Positions 9,238-18,011 of a DNA stretch of 64,000 nucleotides are shown here, piece by piece. Position 1 is the first letter of the stretch, and every line of letters begins with the position of its first letter. The notes below the pieces were generated by a model, which saw nothing but the letters and a program-made list of their open reading frames with translations, ran no database searches and was not told where the DNA came from. Source of the DNA: Nitrospirota bacterium (GTDB taxonomy: Bacteria > Nitrospirota > Thermodesulfovibrionia > Thermodesulfovibrionales > UBA9159); assembly GCA_037441365.1 (NCBI GenBank), contig JBBISG010000001.1:18961-82960 (forward strand), in the 5' to 3' direction. The translations under genes were made by a program, and so were the position numbers.

Positions 9238-10077
9238 TTATAGCATCCCCCTCACGAATTTCAGGTTCCGCACATCATCCTCACCGTCCCTCTTTGGCGT
9301 CTCAAGGATTAACGGGACATCCATAAAGGCAGGGTGGTTAATGAATCTCTTCAGGCCTTCCTTCCCGATATAGCCCCGACCTATGTGTTCATGCCTGTCC
9401 ACCCTTGAACCGAGGCTTCTCTTTGAATCATTGAGGTGTATGAGTTTTACCCTGTCAAGCCCTGTAAACGTCTCTATTTCCCTTATGAACTCTGACAAAC
9501 CTTTTGTCCTCGATATGTCATACCCCGCTGCAAAGGCATGACAGGTGTCTATGCAGATGCCCCCTATCGATGGGCTGCCTGTCTCGTCTATAACCTCTGC
9601 CAGGTCCCCTATGCAGGGCGATATATCGCCCCTCTGTCCAGCAGTGTTTTCCAGCAGGAGTTTAGATCTCCATACTTTATCTTTAAGGACCCTCTTGAGC
9701 GCCTCTACGGCCTTCTTACGGCCTGAATGGTCTGTATCTCCTGACGCACTGCCAGTATGGAGTATCACATAGTCTGCATTTAGCCTGTCAGCAGTATCCA
9801 TCTCATGTACAAGAAGCTGTATCGATTTCTCCCTCACCTCGTTATTCGGTGATGAAAGATTGATTAGATAAGAGGCGTGTATAAAGACAGGGGTTATATC
9901 ATAGGCCCTTCTCAGATATATGAACCTTAAAGCTGAATCATCGGGTATCCCTTTGATCAGCCATGTCCTCGGATTATGAGAAAATATCTGGACAGTGTTG
10001 CAACCGAGGTCTTTTGCCCTATCAAGGGACATATGAATCCCCCCTGCTATGGATGTATGAACCCCGAGTCTTCTCAC
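9238..10077 (-). CDS. nfo: Endonuclease IV (AP endonuclease family 2)
   Basis: 279 aa. GVHTSIAGG start and conserved His/Asp/Glu metal-ligand blocks (HASYLINL, LENTAGQ, CIDTCH, HLNDS). Confidence 0.9.
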   Translation of the reverse strand: MRRLGVHTSIAGGIHMSLDRAKDLGCNTVQIFSHNPRTWLIKGIPDDSALRFIYLRRAYDITPVFIHASYLINLSSPNNEVREKSIQLLVHEMDTADRLNADYVILHTGSASGDTDHSGRKKAVEALKRVLKDKVWRSKLLLENTAGQRGDISPCIGDLAEVIDETGSPSIGGICIDTCHAFAAGYDISRTKGLSEFIREIETFTGLDRVKLIHLNDSKRSLGSRVDRHEHIGRGYIGKEGLKRFINHPAFMDVPLILETPKRDGEDDVRNLKFVRGML

Positions 10078-10124
10078 GGTTTATGGTATAATAGAAAATC
10101 TCTTAATTCAATCCTTATGATAAC

Positions 10125-11060
10125 ATGAAAAAACAGTATGCAATCGGGATAGACCTCGGAGGAACGAATCTGAGGGCTGGACTTGTGACAGAAGAGGGCA
10201 GCATTGTAAAGAGGGTTAAGGTGCCTTCTTCAGAGAATTTGCTGGAATCCCTCCTGAACTCCATAGGTGAGGTGTTCAGGGATGGTGTAATAGGGATAGG
10301 CATTGGTGCGGCCGGTCTGGTTGACAGAGAGACGGGCACTGTCCCGGTTTCGCCAAATATTCCTGCCATCGATGGTCTGAACATCGTGGAGACTGTAAGG
10401 GGTAAATTCAATGTCCCTGTGATCATCGAAAATGATGCAAATGCCGCTGCCCTTGGTGAGAGGTGGATTGGTGAGGGCAGGGGGGTTAATAACTTTATCC
10501 TTCTCACCCTCGGGACAGGCATTGGGGGTGGCATAATTTATAATTCCCGATTAATGGCTGTTGCAGCAGAGGTAGGGCATATGAGTATCATAGCCAATGG
10601 CGAGAAGTGTCACTGTGGAAATTATGGATGCCTTGAGGCATATGCCTCTGCAAGGGCGATAGCCGCATACGCAATAGCAGGCCTCGAAGGCGGCTCTGAA
10701 AGTTTGCTGAGGGAATGTTGTAAGGGAAATATATATAAGCTGACACCAGAGGATATCTACAGGGCTGCACTTGACGGAGACAATCTTTCAAGAGACGCCT
10801 TAAAGGAGGCAGGGCGCTATCTCGGTGTTGGTATATCGAATCTCATAAACATACTGAGCCCTGATGCGATAATACTTTCAGGGGGGCTTGTTGGGGCATG
10901 GAATATATATGTCCAAGAGGCCATAAAGGAGGCAGGAAGGCGGACCTTTAAGCATTTGTTCGAGAAGGTCAAGATCATCCCCTCCTCCCTTGGTGACAAT
11001 GCAGGCATTGTCGGTGGAGCATACCTTGTCTTTGAAAGGGGAGTCTCAAAGAGATCGTGA
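10125..11060 (+). CDS. ROK-family glucokinase
   Basis: 311 aa. [11 protein letters not shown]-binding motif and [10 protein letters not shown] zinc motif. Confidence 0.8.
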   Translation: MKKQYAIGIDLGGTNLRAGLVTEEGSIVKRVKVPSSENLLESLLNSIGEVFRDGVIGIGIGAAGLVDRETGTVPVSPNIPAIDGLNIVETVRGKFNVPVIIENDANAAALGERWIGEGRGVNNFILLTLGTGIGGGIIYNSRLMAVAAEVGHMSIIANGEKCHCGNYGCLEAYASARAIAAYAIAGLEGGSESLLRECCKGNIYKLTPEDIYRAALDGDNLSRDALKEAGRYLGVGISNLINILSPDAIILSGGLVGAWNIYVQEAIKEAGRRTFKHLFEKVKIIPSSLGDNAGIVGGAYLVFERGVSKRS

Positions 11061-11079
11061 GATTTCCTTGGGGACGGTA

Positions 11080-12870
11080 ATGCCAAAGAATATAAGAAAC
11101 TTTTCGATAATTGCCCATATAGACCACGGCAAGTCTACCCTTGCTGACAGGCTCCTCGAATATACAGGGGCCCTTACCGGCCGGGAGATGGTAGAGCAGG
11201 TACTCGACTCCATGGACCTCGAAAGGGAAAGAGGCATAACCATAAAGGCCCACGCTGTTAGGCTCAACTACAGGGCCAGAGATGGCAATGAATATGTGCT
11301 GAATCTCATTGATACACCAGGCCATGTGGACTTCTCCTATGAGGTGTCGAGGAGCCTTGCATCGTGTGAAGGGGCATTGCTCGTAGTTGATGCAACCCAG
11401 GGGGTCGAGGCACAGACAGTGGCTAATGCCTATCTTGCTGTTGAGCATAATCTTGAGATGATCCCTGTAATAAACAAGATAGACCTCCCTGCTGCTGAGC
11501 CTGAAAAGGTAAAGAAACAGATAGAGGATGTCATCGGGATAGATGGTTCAAATGCCATCCTTGCCAGTGCGAAAGAGGGGATAGGGACAGAGGAGATACT
11601 CGAGGCGATAGTGAGGAAGGTCCCTCCCCCTGATGGAGATGACAGCAGGCCGCTCAAGGCGCTCATCTTCGACTCATGGTTCGATAACTACCAGGGCGTT
11701 ATAGTCCTTGTGAGGGTCTTTGATGGAAAGGTCAGGGCAGGAATGCGGATAAGGCTCATGAGTTCAGGGAAGGACTTTGAGGTCTCCCACGTAGGGGTCT
11801 TCACGCCGAAGATGAAATCGGTGGATGAGCTTTCTGCTGGAGATGTAGGGTATATAATTGCAGGGATGAAAAGGGTGGCTGACACAAAGATCGGAGATAC
11901 CATAACAGGCGCTGACAATCCAGCCTTAGAACCATGCCCGGGCTATAAGGAGATAAAACCCATGGTCTTTTGCGGTCTCTATCCAACAGAGACACATCAG
12001 TATGGTGAGTTGAAGGATGCCCTTGAGAAATTAAGGCTCAATGACTCGGCATTCACATTTGAGCCTGAGACATCAACTGCCCTGGGCTTCGGGTTCAGGT
12101 GCGGGTTTCTGGGGCTTCTCCATATGGAGATTATAAAGGAAAGGTTGGAGCGGGAATTCGGCCTTTCATTGATAAGCACCGCACCGACCGTTATATACAG
12201 GGTCACTGACTTGCGTGGCAACACCATCTTCATCGACAATCCAACACTGCTACCAGAGAGATTTCTCAAGATAGAAGAACCATTTGTAAAGATAACCATA
12301 TTCGTGCCTCAGGCCTATATAGGACCTGTTTTAGAACTATGCAAGGAAAAGCGGGGGGTACAAAGGGAGTTCACCTACATCGGCAGGGAGAGGATAATGG
12401 TCGTCTACGAGATTCCGCTCAATGAGATCCTCTGGGATTTCTATGACAGATTGAAATCCCTGTCAAAGGGATATGCCTCGATGGATTATGAGTTTACAGG
12501 GTACATCGAGTCAGACCTCGTGAGGCTCGATATACTCCTTAATGGCGAGCCTGTGGATGCACTTTCGTTAATAGTTCACAGGGAGAGGGCTTATTACAGG
12601 GGCAGACAGATCGTGGAGAGGCTGAGGGAGGTCATACCGAGGCAGCTCTACGAGGTCATTATACAGGCAGCGATCGGAAGCAAGGTGATAGCGAGGGAGA
12701 GCGTGAAGGCACTGAGGAAGGATGTCCTCGCAAAATGTTACGGCGGCGACATTACGAGAAAGAGAAAGCTCCTCGAAAAACAGAAGGAAGGCAAGAAGAG
12801 GATGAAACAGTTAGGAAGGGTCGATGTCCCCCAGGAGGCATTTCTTTCTGTGCTTGAGGTGAAGCGATAA
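11080..12870 (+). CDS. lepA: Elongation factor 4 (LepA)
   Basis: [18 protein letters not shown]1 motif and a full-length LepA-like sequence. The start is taken at ATG 11080, because the track ORF from 10990 overlaps the glucokinase gene. Confidence 0.95.
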   Translation: MPKNIRNFSIIAHIDHGKSTLADRLLEYTGALTGREMVEQVLDSMDLERERGITIKAHAVRLNYRARDGNEYVLNLIDTPGHVDFSYEVSRSLASCEGALLVVDATQGVEAQTVANAYLAVEHNLEMIPVINKIDLPAAEPEKVKKQIEDVIGIDGSNAILASAKEGIGTEEILEAIVRKVPPPDGDDSRPLKALIFDSWFDNYQGVIVLVRVFDGKVRAGMRIRLMSSGKDFEVSHVGVFTPKMKSVDELSAGDVGYIIAGMKRVADTKIGDTITGADNPALEPCPGYKEIKPMVFCGLYPTETHQYGELKDALEKLRLNDSAFTFEPETSTALGFGFRCGFLGLLHMEIIKERLEREFGLSLISTAPTVIYRVTDLRGNTIFIDNPTLLPERFLKIEEPFVKITIFVPQAYIGPVLELCKEKRGVQREFTYIGRERIMVVYEIPLNEILWDFYDRLKSLSKGYASMDYEFTGYIESDLVRLDILLNGEPVDALSLIVHRERAYYRGRQIVERLREVIPRQLYEVIIQAAIGSKVIARESVKALRKDVLAKCYGGDITRKRKLLEKQKEGKKRMKQLGRVDVPQEAFLSVLEVKR

Positions 12871-12876
12871 GGAGGA

Positions 12877-13497
12877 ATGACAGTGAAAAAAGACAGAAAA
12901 AAGGTAATATGGGAGTACACAAAGGCCATTACGACCGCCCTTCTGCTCGCCCTCTTTATAAGGGCATACTTTATCCAGGCATTCAAGATCCCATCTGGCT
13001 CTATGATACCCACCCTTTTGATAGGTGACCACATCCTCGTAAACAAGTTTATATACGGGACAAAGATACCCTTCTCTGACAGAAGGGTTCTTGTATTCAA
13101 GAAGCCTGAAAGGGGTGATATAATAGTATTCAAGTATCCCGAGGACCCGAGCAGGGATTTTATAAAAAGGGTGATAGCAATTGAGGGCGATGTGGTAGAA
13201 TCCAGGGATAAGACGATCTATGTGAATGGGAAACCCGTGAACGAGCCTTATGCGCAGCATACAGACAGCTCCCTCAGGCCAGGCGGCATCGAGCCGAGGG
13301 ACAATTTCGGGCCTTATATCGTCCCGAAGGGGAAATACTTTGTCATGGGGGATAACAGGGACCAGAGCTATGATAGCAGATACTGGGGGTATGTGGATAT
13401 GAAGGATATAAGGGGTGAGGCACTGATAATATACTGGTCATGGGACAACAGGAATCACATGCCGAGGCTTGCAAGGCTGGGGAGGCTGGTGCGGTGA
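12877..13497 (+). CDS. lepB: Signal peptidase I
   Basis: 206 aa. N-terminal TM, SGSMIPTL catalytic Ser box, GDNRDQSYDSRYWG box. Classic lepA-lepB pair. Confidence 0.9.
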   Translation: MTVKKDRKKVIWEYTKAITTALLLALFIRAYFIQAFKIPSGSMIPTLLIGDHILVNKFIYGTKIPFSDRRVLVFKKPERGDIIVFKYPEDPSRDFIKRVIAIEGDVVESRDKTIYVNGKPVNEPYAQHTDSSLRPGGIEPRDNFGPYIVPKGKYFVMGDNRDQSYDSRYWGYVDMKDIRGEALIIYWSWDNRNHMPRLARLGRLVR

Positions 13498-13880
13498 GAC
13501 ATCTCAGTCAGGGGTCCCCAAAAAATCGCAAGATTTTTTGGGGTATTGGTAGGGATGGATTCATAAAGCCGATCCTATGTATTGCTGTCCTTGCAATCAC
13601 GCTGTATGCTGGCATTCAATTCGGGATGCCATACTACAGGTACTCTGCCTTCAAAAATGAGGTGAAAGAGATCGCCAGGCTTGAACTCGGCGACGTTGAG
13701 AAGATAAAAACCCAGGTTTATGAGTCCGCAGAGGTATTAAAGATACCTATAGAAAAGGAAGATATCATCGTTATAAAAAAGAAGAATACTGTCCGCATCC
13801 AGACGGCGTGGGCTGTAGATGTCGATATACTCGGGCTGTATCAGAGGACAGTGAACTTTAAGGTCGATGTAGAGGAATGA
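13440..13880 (+). CDS. Hypothetical membrane-anchored protein (start uncertain)
   Basis: One TM (ILCIAVLAITLYAGIQF) followed by a soluble domain. The track ORF start overlaps lepB and reads through PE copy 4. Confidence 0.4.
   Translation: MGQQESHAEACKAGEAGAVRHLSQGSPKNRKIFWGIGRDGFIKPILCIAVLAITLYAGIQFGMPYYRYSAFKNEVKEIARLELGDVEKIKTQVYESAEVLKIPIEKEDIIVIKKKNTVRIQTAWAVDVDILGLYQRTVNFKVDVEE
13511..13546 (+). repeat. PE copy 4
   Basis: ggggtccccaaaaaatcgcaagattttttggggtat, 14 nt after the lepB stop. Would read SPKNRKIFWGI if translated. Confidence 0.9.
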
Positions 13881-13881
13881 T

Positions 13882-14550
13882 TTGTTCACAGGTATTGTAA
13901 CTGAGATGGGGGATGTTATATCCCTCAGGCAAAAGGAGGCAGGTGCATCCCTCACGATAAGGGCGCCAGAAACCGCAAGGGATGCAGCCATAGGTGATAG
14001 TATATCGGTCAATGGGGTTTGCCTCACAGTGGTAGACAGGGGTGATGACGGGATACTCTCCTTTGACCTATCAGGGGAGACATTGGGCGCAACAAACCTC
14101 GGACAGTTGAGGCCCCGACAGAGGGTCAATATCGAGCCGTCCCTCAGGGCTGATGGGAAGCTCGGAGGCCACTTTGTGACAGGCCATGTAGATGCTGTGG
14201 GGAGGATAAGATCCAAAATCAGGGCAGGCGATACCCTTAAGATAGTGATCGAGGCCCCCGAGGAGGTAACCCGGTCCCTCGTCGAGAAAGGTTCGGTAGC
14301 TGTTGACGGTATAAGCCTCACTGTTGTAGACTTATCAAGGGATACCTTTACAGTATTCATCATACCTCACACCGCCAGTATAACGACCCTTGGATTGAAG
14401 GGTCCCGGAGATACTGTGAATCTCGAGGGTGATATAATAGGTAAATATGTCGCAAGATTTATGGGAAGGGATAGATCAAAAGCAGCCGACGAAAGATTCA
14501 GAGGGTCACTGACGAAGGCAGGGTACATTCAGTCGGAGGGCATCCGGTAA
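13882..14550 (+). CDS. ribE: Riboflavin synthase (alpha chain)
   Basis: 222 aa, MFTGIV... start (TTG codon), duplicated lumazine-binding repeat ([13 protein letters not shown] / [12 protein letters not shown]). Confidence 0.9.
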   Translation: MFTGIVTEMGDVISLRQKEAGASLTIRAPETARDAAIGDSISVNGVCLTVVDRGDDGILSFDLSGETLGATNLGQLRPRQRVNIEPSLRADGKLGGHFVTGHVDAVGRIRSKIRAGDTLKIVIEAPEEVTRSLVEKGSVAVDGISLTVVDLSRDTFTVFIIPHTASITTLGLKGPGDTVNLEGDIIGKYVARFMGRDRSKAADERFRGSLTKAGYIQSEGIR

Positions 14551-15761
14551 TGCAGAGGTATAGATTCAACACCATCGATGAGGCAATAGAGGACATAGCT
14601 AAGGGCAGGATGGTTATTCTGGTTGATGACGAGGACAGGGAAAACGAGGGGGACCTCTGCATGGCGGCAGAAAAGGTCACACCTGCTGCTATAAATTTCA
14701 TGGCAAAGTATGGTAGGGGGCTCATCTGCCTATCCCTGACCCCCCAGAGGGTTGAGGAGTTGAAACTGCCGATGATGACGGATGACAATACCTCCCAGTT
14801 TGGCACTGCCTTTACAGTCTCTATAGAGGCAAAAAAGGGTGTCACAACAGGCATCTCTGCTTCTGACAGGGCGACAACCATACTCACTGCCATAGACCCT
14901 AAAACCACGCCAGATGACCTTGCAAGGCCCGGCCATGTCTTCCCTCTCAGGGCAAGGCCTGGTGGTGTGCTGCAGAGGGCAGGCCAGACAGAGGGCTCTG
15001 TTGACCTTGCGAGGCTTGCCGGGCTTTACCCTGCTGGTGTCATATGTGAGATAATGAGCGATGACGGGACGATGGCAAGGGTGCCTGAATTGATGGAGTT
15101 TGCAAGCAGGCATAACCTGAAGATAGTGACCGTAAAAGACCTCATCCATTACAGGATAAGGACGGAGAGGTTTGTAAGAAGGGTCTCGGACATCAAGCTT
15201 CCAACGGACCACGGCGAATTCAGGGCCATCGCATACACAAATGACATGGACAGCAATCTTCACATCGCACTCATAAAAGGTGATATAAGACCGGAGGAGC
15301 CTGTTCTTGTGAGGGTCCATTCGGAGTGTCTCACAGGAGATGTCTTCGGCTCTAAGAGGTGTGATTGCGGTGAGCAGCTTCACAAGGCGATGGAGATGGT
15401 CAATGAGGCAGGCAAGGGTGTTGTCCTGTATATGAGGCAGGAGGGAAGGGGTATCGGCCTTGCAAATAAACTTAAGGCATACGAGCTGCAGGACAGGGGA
15501 CTTGATACGGTAGAGGCGAACCTGAGGTTAGGATTTAAACCCGACCTGAGGGATTATGGTATAGGGGCCCAGATACTTGTTGACCTCGGTGTGAGAAAGA
15601 TGCGCCTCATGACCAACAACCCAAAAAAGATAATCGGCCTTGAGGGATACGGCCTCAAGGTTGTTGAGAGGGTGCCGATAGAAACGAAGCCCAATGAAAA
15701 GAATATTATCTACCTCAAGACAAAGAAGAAGAAATTAGGGCATATGCTGGACAATGTCTGA
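14550..15761 (+). CDS. ribBA: Bifunctional DHBP synthase / GTP cyclohydrolase II
   Basis: 403 aa. RibB half ([11 protein letters not shown]) plus RibA half ([20 protein letters not shown]). Confidence 0.95.
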   Translation: MQRYRFNTIDEAIEDIAKGRMVILVDDEDRENEGDLCMAAEKVTPAAINFMAKYGRGLICLSLTPQRVEELKLPMMTDDNTSQFGTAFTVSIEAKKGVTTGISASDRATTILTAIDPKTTPDDLARPGHVFPLRARPGGVLQRAGQTEGSVDLARLAGLYPAGVICEIMSDDGTMARVPELMEFASRHNLKIVTVKDLIHYRIRTERFVRRVSDIKLPTDHGEFRAIAYTNDMDSNLHIALIKGDIRPEEPVLVRVHSECLTGDVFGSKRCDCGEQLHKAMEMVNEAGKGVVLYMRQEGRGIGLANKLKAYELQDRGLDTVEANLRLGFKPDLRDYGIGAQILVDLGVRKMRLMTNNPKKIIGLEGYGLKVVERVPIETKPNEKNIIYLKTKKKKLGHMLDNV

Positions 15762-15772
15762 AAGGAGGCAGC

Positions 15773-16204
15773 ATGCATATAGCTGATGTATCAGAAAATG
15801 GGGTAAGCGAGGGGATTCCTCATAACAACATCAATGCACCACACCCGATATGGGGCTCTACCTTTATGAGGGAGGTTCCTGCCGTAGTTAATAAATTCAA
15901 CGATGAGCTCGGTTTCGACCTTGAGTATTCGATAAATCAACCCGAAACTCTGGATGGCGATCCCGAAAGGGCGAGGATGGTGGCATTCACAATAAGGCGA
16001 GCCCTCTGGTTTGACAATGGCAGAAGATACTGCCTCTATGTCCTCTATGATGGAACTGGACTCTCCGGCTTTATAGGGAGGGTCAGCGGCAGGGATATAA
16101 TCACACTGAGGGAAATGGGGTATATCACAGACCTGTCAGAGGGCAGTGTAAGTCTTTACATCTGGTTGGTAAACCTGATAAAGGCATCGTGCGATAAGCC
16201 CTGA
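15773..16204 (+). CDS. Hypothetical protein (occupies the position where ribH is usually found)
   Basis: 143 aa with a good AAGGAGG RBS. No family recognised, and clearly not lumazine synthase. Confidence 0.5.
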   Translation: MHIADVSENGVSEGIPHNNINAPHPIWGSTFMREVPAVVNKFNDELGFDLEYSINQPETLDGDPERARMVAFTIRRALWFDNGRRYCLYVLYDGTGLSGFIGRVSGRDIITLREMGYITDLSEGSVSLYIWLVNLIKASCDKP

Positions 16205-16261
16205 GGATTGATTTTATCAGGAGAGATATGCTATCTTAGTAACTTATAAGATAATGAGGAG

Positions 16262-16570
16262 GTGGAAGAAGGATTGCCTGCTAAACCAGCACCAAAAAAG
16301 AATCTATCGGCCCTCAAGAGGGTCCGTCAGGCAGAAAAACGGCGGCTCCGCAACAGGGCAGTAAAGACAGCAATAAAAACCCTCATAAAGAAGGTGGAGG
16401 CTGCTGTAAATAATAAGAACAGGGAAGATGTTCAGAGGGCATTCATAGAGGCCACAAGGGTAATCACCAGTGCTGCCTCAAAGGGTATAATACACCGCAA
16501 TACGGCATCCCGAAAGGTCTCACGCCTTGCCAGGCTTGCCAACACCGTCCTTAAAGCCGAAGCAGCCTGA
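16262..16570 (+). CDS. rpsT: 30S ribosomal protein S20
   Basis: Basic helical protein with SALKRVRQAEKRRLRN... Exact start uncertain by a few codons. Confidence 0.9.
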   Translation: MEEGLPAKPAPKKNLSALKRVRQAEKRRLRNRAVKTAIKTLIKKVEAAVNNKNREDVQRAFIEATRVITSAASKGIIHRNTASRKVSRLARLANTVLKAEAA

Positions 16571-17435
16571 TAAGCAGATATTCAAGAGGGAATACCCCGC
16601 CAGATGTCTTGATACGGACATCGGCCTCGTTAAGCAGATCGAACACCTTACTGTAGTAAGAGGCCCTACTGCTGTCCTTTAAAGACAGGCGGGTGTAATG
16701 CCAGTTGATGGCGCCTATCAGAGTATAAGGCTCCTGGGTCTCAAGGAGTGTTCGGGCTATCCTGAAGACCTCTGGTGCATCCCCTCTGCCAAGGGCCTTC
16801 ACAAGGTCAAAGGCATCGTAATCACTACTGCCCCTTACAACCTCCCTGATGTCCTGCACATCTATGCGACCCTTCCCGATGAGGGTGAATTTCTCCAGCT
16901 CGGATGATAAAAGCCCCACATCAGGGCCTGTTATGCCAACCAGATACTCAATCGCCCTCTCTGTCAAATCCATCCCCTTTTGCTTTGCCTTTTCCTTAAG
17001 CCACAACGGGATGTCCTGCGGTCTTATATCGAGCGGTATGGTCCTGACCTTACCCGCTATTGCATTGAATTGCCTCTTAGGGCTCCCCCTGTGTAAAAGG
17101 ATAAGTATAGAATGAGGCGAAGGATTCGACAGGTATCCTTCAAGCCGCCCCATATCCCCTTTATTAACCTCCTGGACGTTTTCGATCACAACAATCCTGT
17201 TCCTGCCAAAGAACGGCATTGTGTTCAGGACATCTAATATATGCTCAAATGGCGGTGTTTCATCAATGCCGTCAAGGTCGAAGACATTGAAGGAAAAATC
17301 CCTTTCCTGTTCAGGGACCGCCCTTGAAACCATAATAGAGGCCTCCTTAAGAAGATAGGGGTCATCGGTGTATAAGAGATATGCAGGTAGATGTAACCCC
17401 CTTTTGACTTCCTGTATAAAGTGTTTGATGCTCAT
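16551..17435 (-). CDS. holA: DNA polymerase III delta subunit
   Basis: HolA-like length and sequence in the conserved leuS-lptE-holA order. The start is taken at ATG 17435, because the track ORF start at 17495 reads through PE copy 5. Confidence 0.8.
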   Translation of the reverse strand: MSIKHFIQEVKRGLHLPAYLLYTDDPYLLKEASIMVSRAVPEQERDFSFNVFDLDGIDETPPFEHILDVLNTMPFFGRNRIVVIENVQEVNKGDMGRLEGYLSNPSPHSILILLHRGSPKRQFNAIAGKVRTIPLDIRPQDIPLWLKEKAKQKGMDLTERAIEYLVGITGPDVGLLSSELEKFTLIGKGRIDVQDIREVVRGSSDYDAFDLVKALGRGDAPEVFRIARTLLETQEPYTLIGAINWHYTRLSLKDSSRASYYSKVFDLLNEADVRIKTSGGVFPLEYLLIRLLRL

Positions 17436-17439
17436 CCCT

Positions 17440-17479
17440 GGTGTCCACTCCAAAAAGTCTTTGACTTTTTGGGACCCGG
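17440..17479 (-). repeat. PE copy 5 (degenerate), in the lptE-holA spacer
   Basis: ggtgtccactccaaaaagtctttgactttttgggacccgg. Confidence 0.8.
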
Positions 17480-17491
17480 TGGTGTGGGAGC

Positions 17492-17995
17492 TCACCGCTG
17501 TCCCGGAGAACCCCCATAAATTGCAGAGGCGACAACCTCTGATGAAAGATCCCTCAATGCCCTTTCTATGGCCTTTTCTTTGAGGGCCATGACATTCTGG
17601 AGACTCTCGGCACTCAGGAAAGAGACGATGTAGACACCCTGTCCCATCAATGGCCTTGCCTTACCTGATGGATCAATGAGCTTAAAATCCCCCCTGATGA
17701 CGACCTCGTATTGGACAGCCACCCCTGCCTTTTCTGAAAGGGTTCTGAGCTCATAGGTGTTAATAACCCCGTTTATCTTATGCCCGGCACTGCTGTTGAT
17801 CAGAAGTCCGTTCTTCATCAATTCATCCACGAGGGCAATCTTCATTCTATCCTCAAGTCCTGGCTCAAAGGTCTTATTAATGATACTCCCTATGCTTATA
17901 GAATTGAATAGCAGGTTCGCTCTGCCGTGGATCGCGTATCCACAGGCCGTCAGCAGTAGCACGATAGCAGCAAGTAGCAAGGTCTTTCTTTTCAC
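17492..17995 (-). CDS. lptE: LPS-assembly lipoprotein LptE
   Basis: 167 aa, lipobox LLTAC, sits between leuS and holA as in E. coli. Confidence 0.65.
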   Translation of the reverse strand: MKRKTLLLAAIVLLLTACGYAIHGRANLLFNSISIGSIINKTFEPGLEDRMKIALVDELMKNGLLINSSAGHKINGVINTYELRTLSEKAGVAVQYEVVIRGDFKLIDPSGKARPLMGQGVYIVSFLSAESLQNVMALKEKAIERALRDLSSEVVASAIYGGSPGQR

Positions 17996-18011
17996 TCTCC
18001 GCCTACCATTT

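Noticed and set aside
10990-11079. 30-codon N-terminal extension of lepA in the ORF track
   Set aside because: It overlaps the 3' end of the glucokinase gene. The conserved LepA N-terminus ([17 protein letters not shown]) starts right after ATG 11080.
13497-13882. FMN (RFN) riboswitch ahead of ribE
   Set aside because: There is no room. The upstream ORF ends 1 nt before the ribE start, and the sequence shows no RFN-like conserved core.
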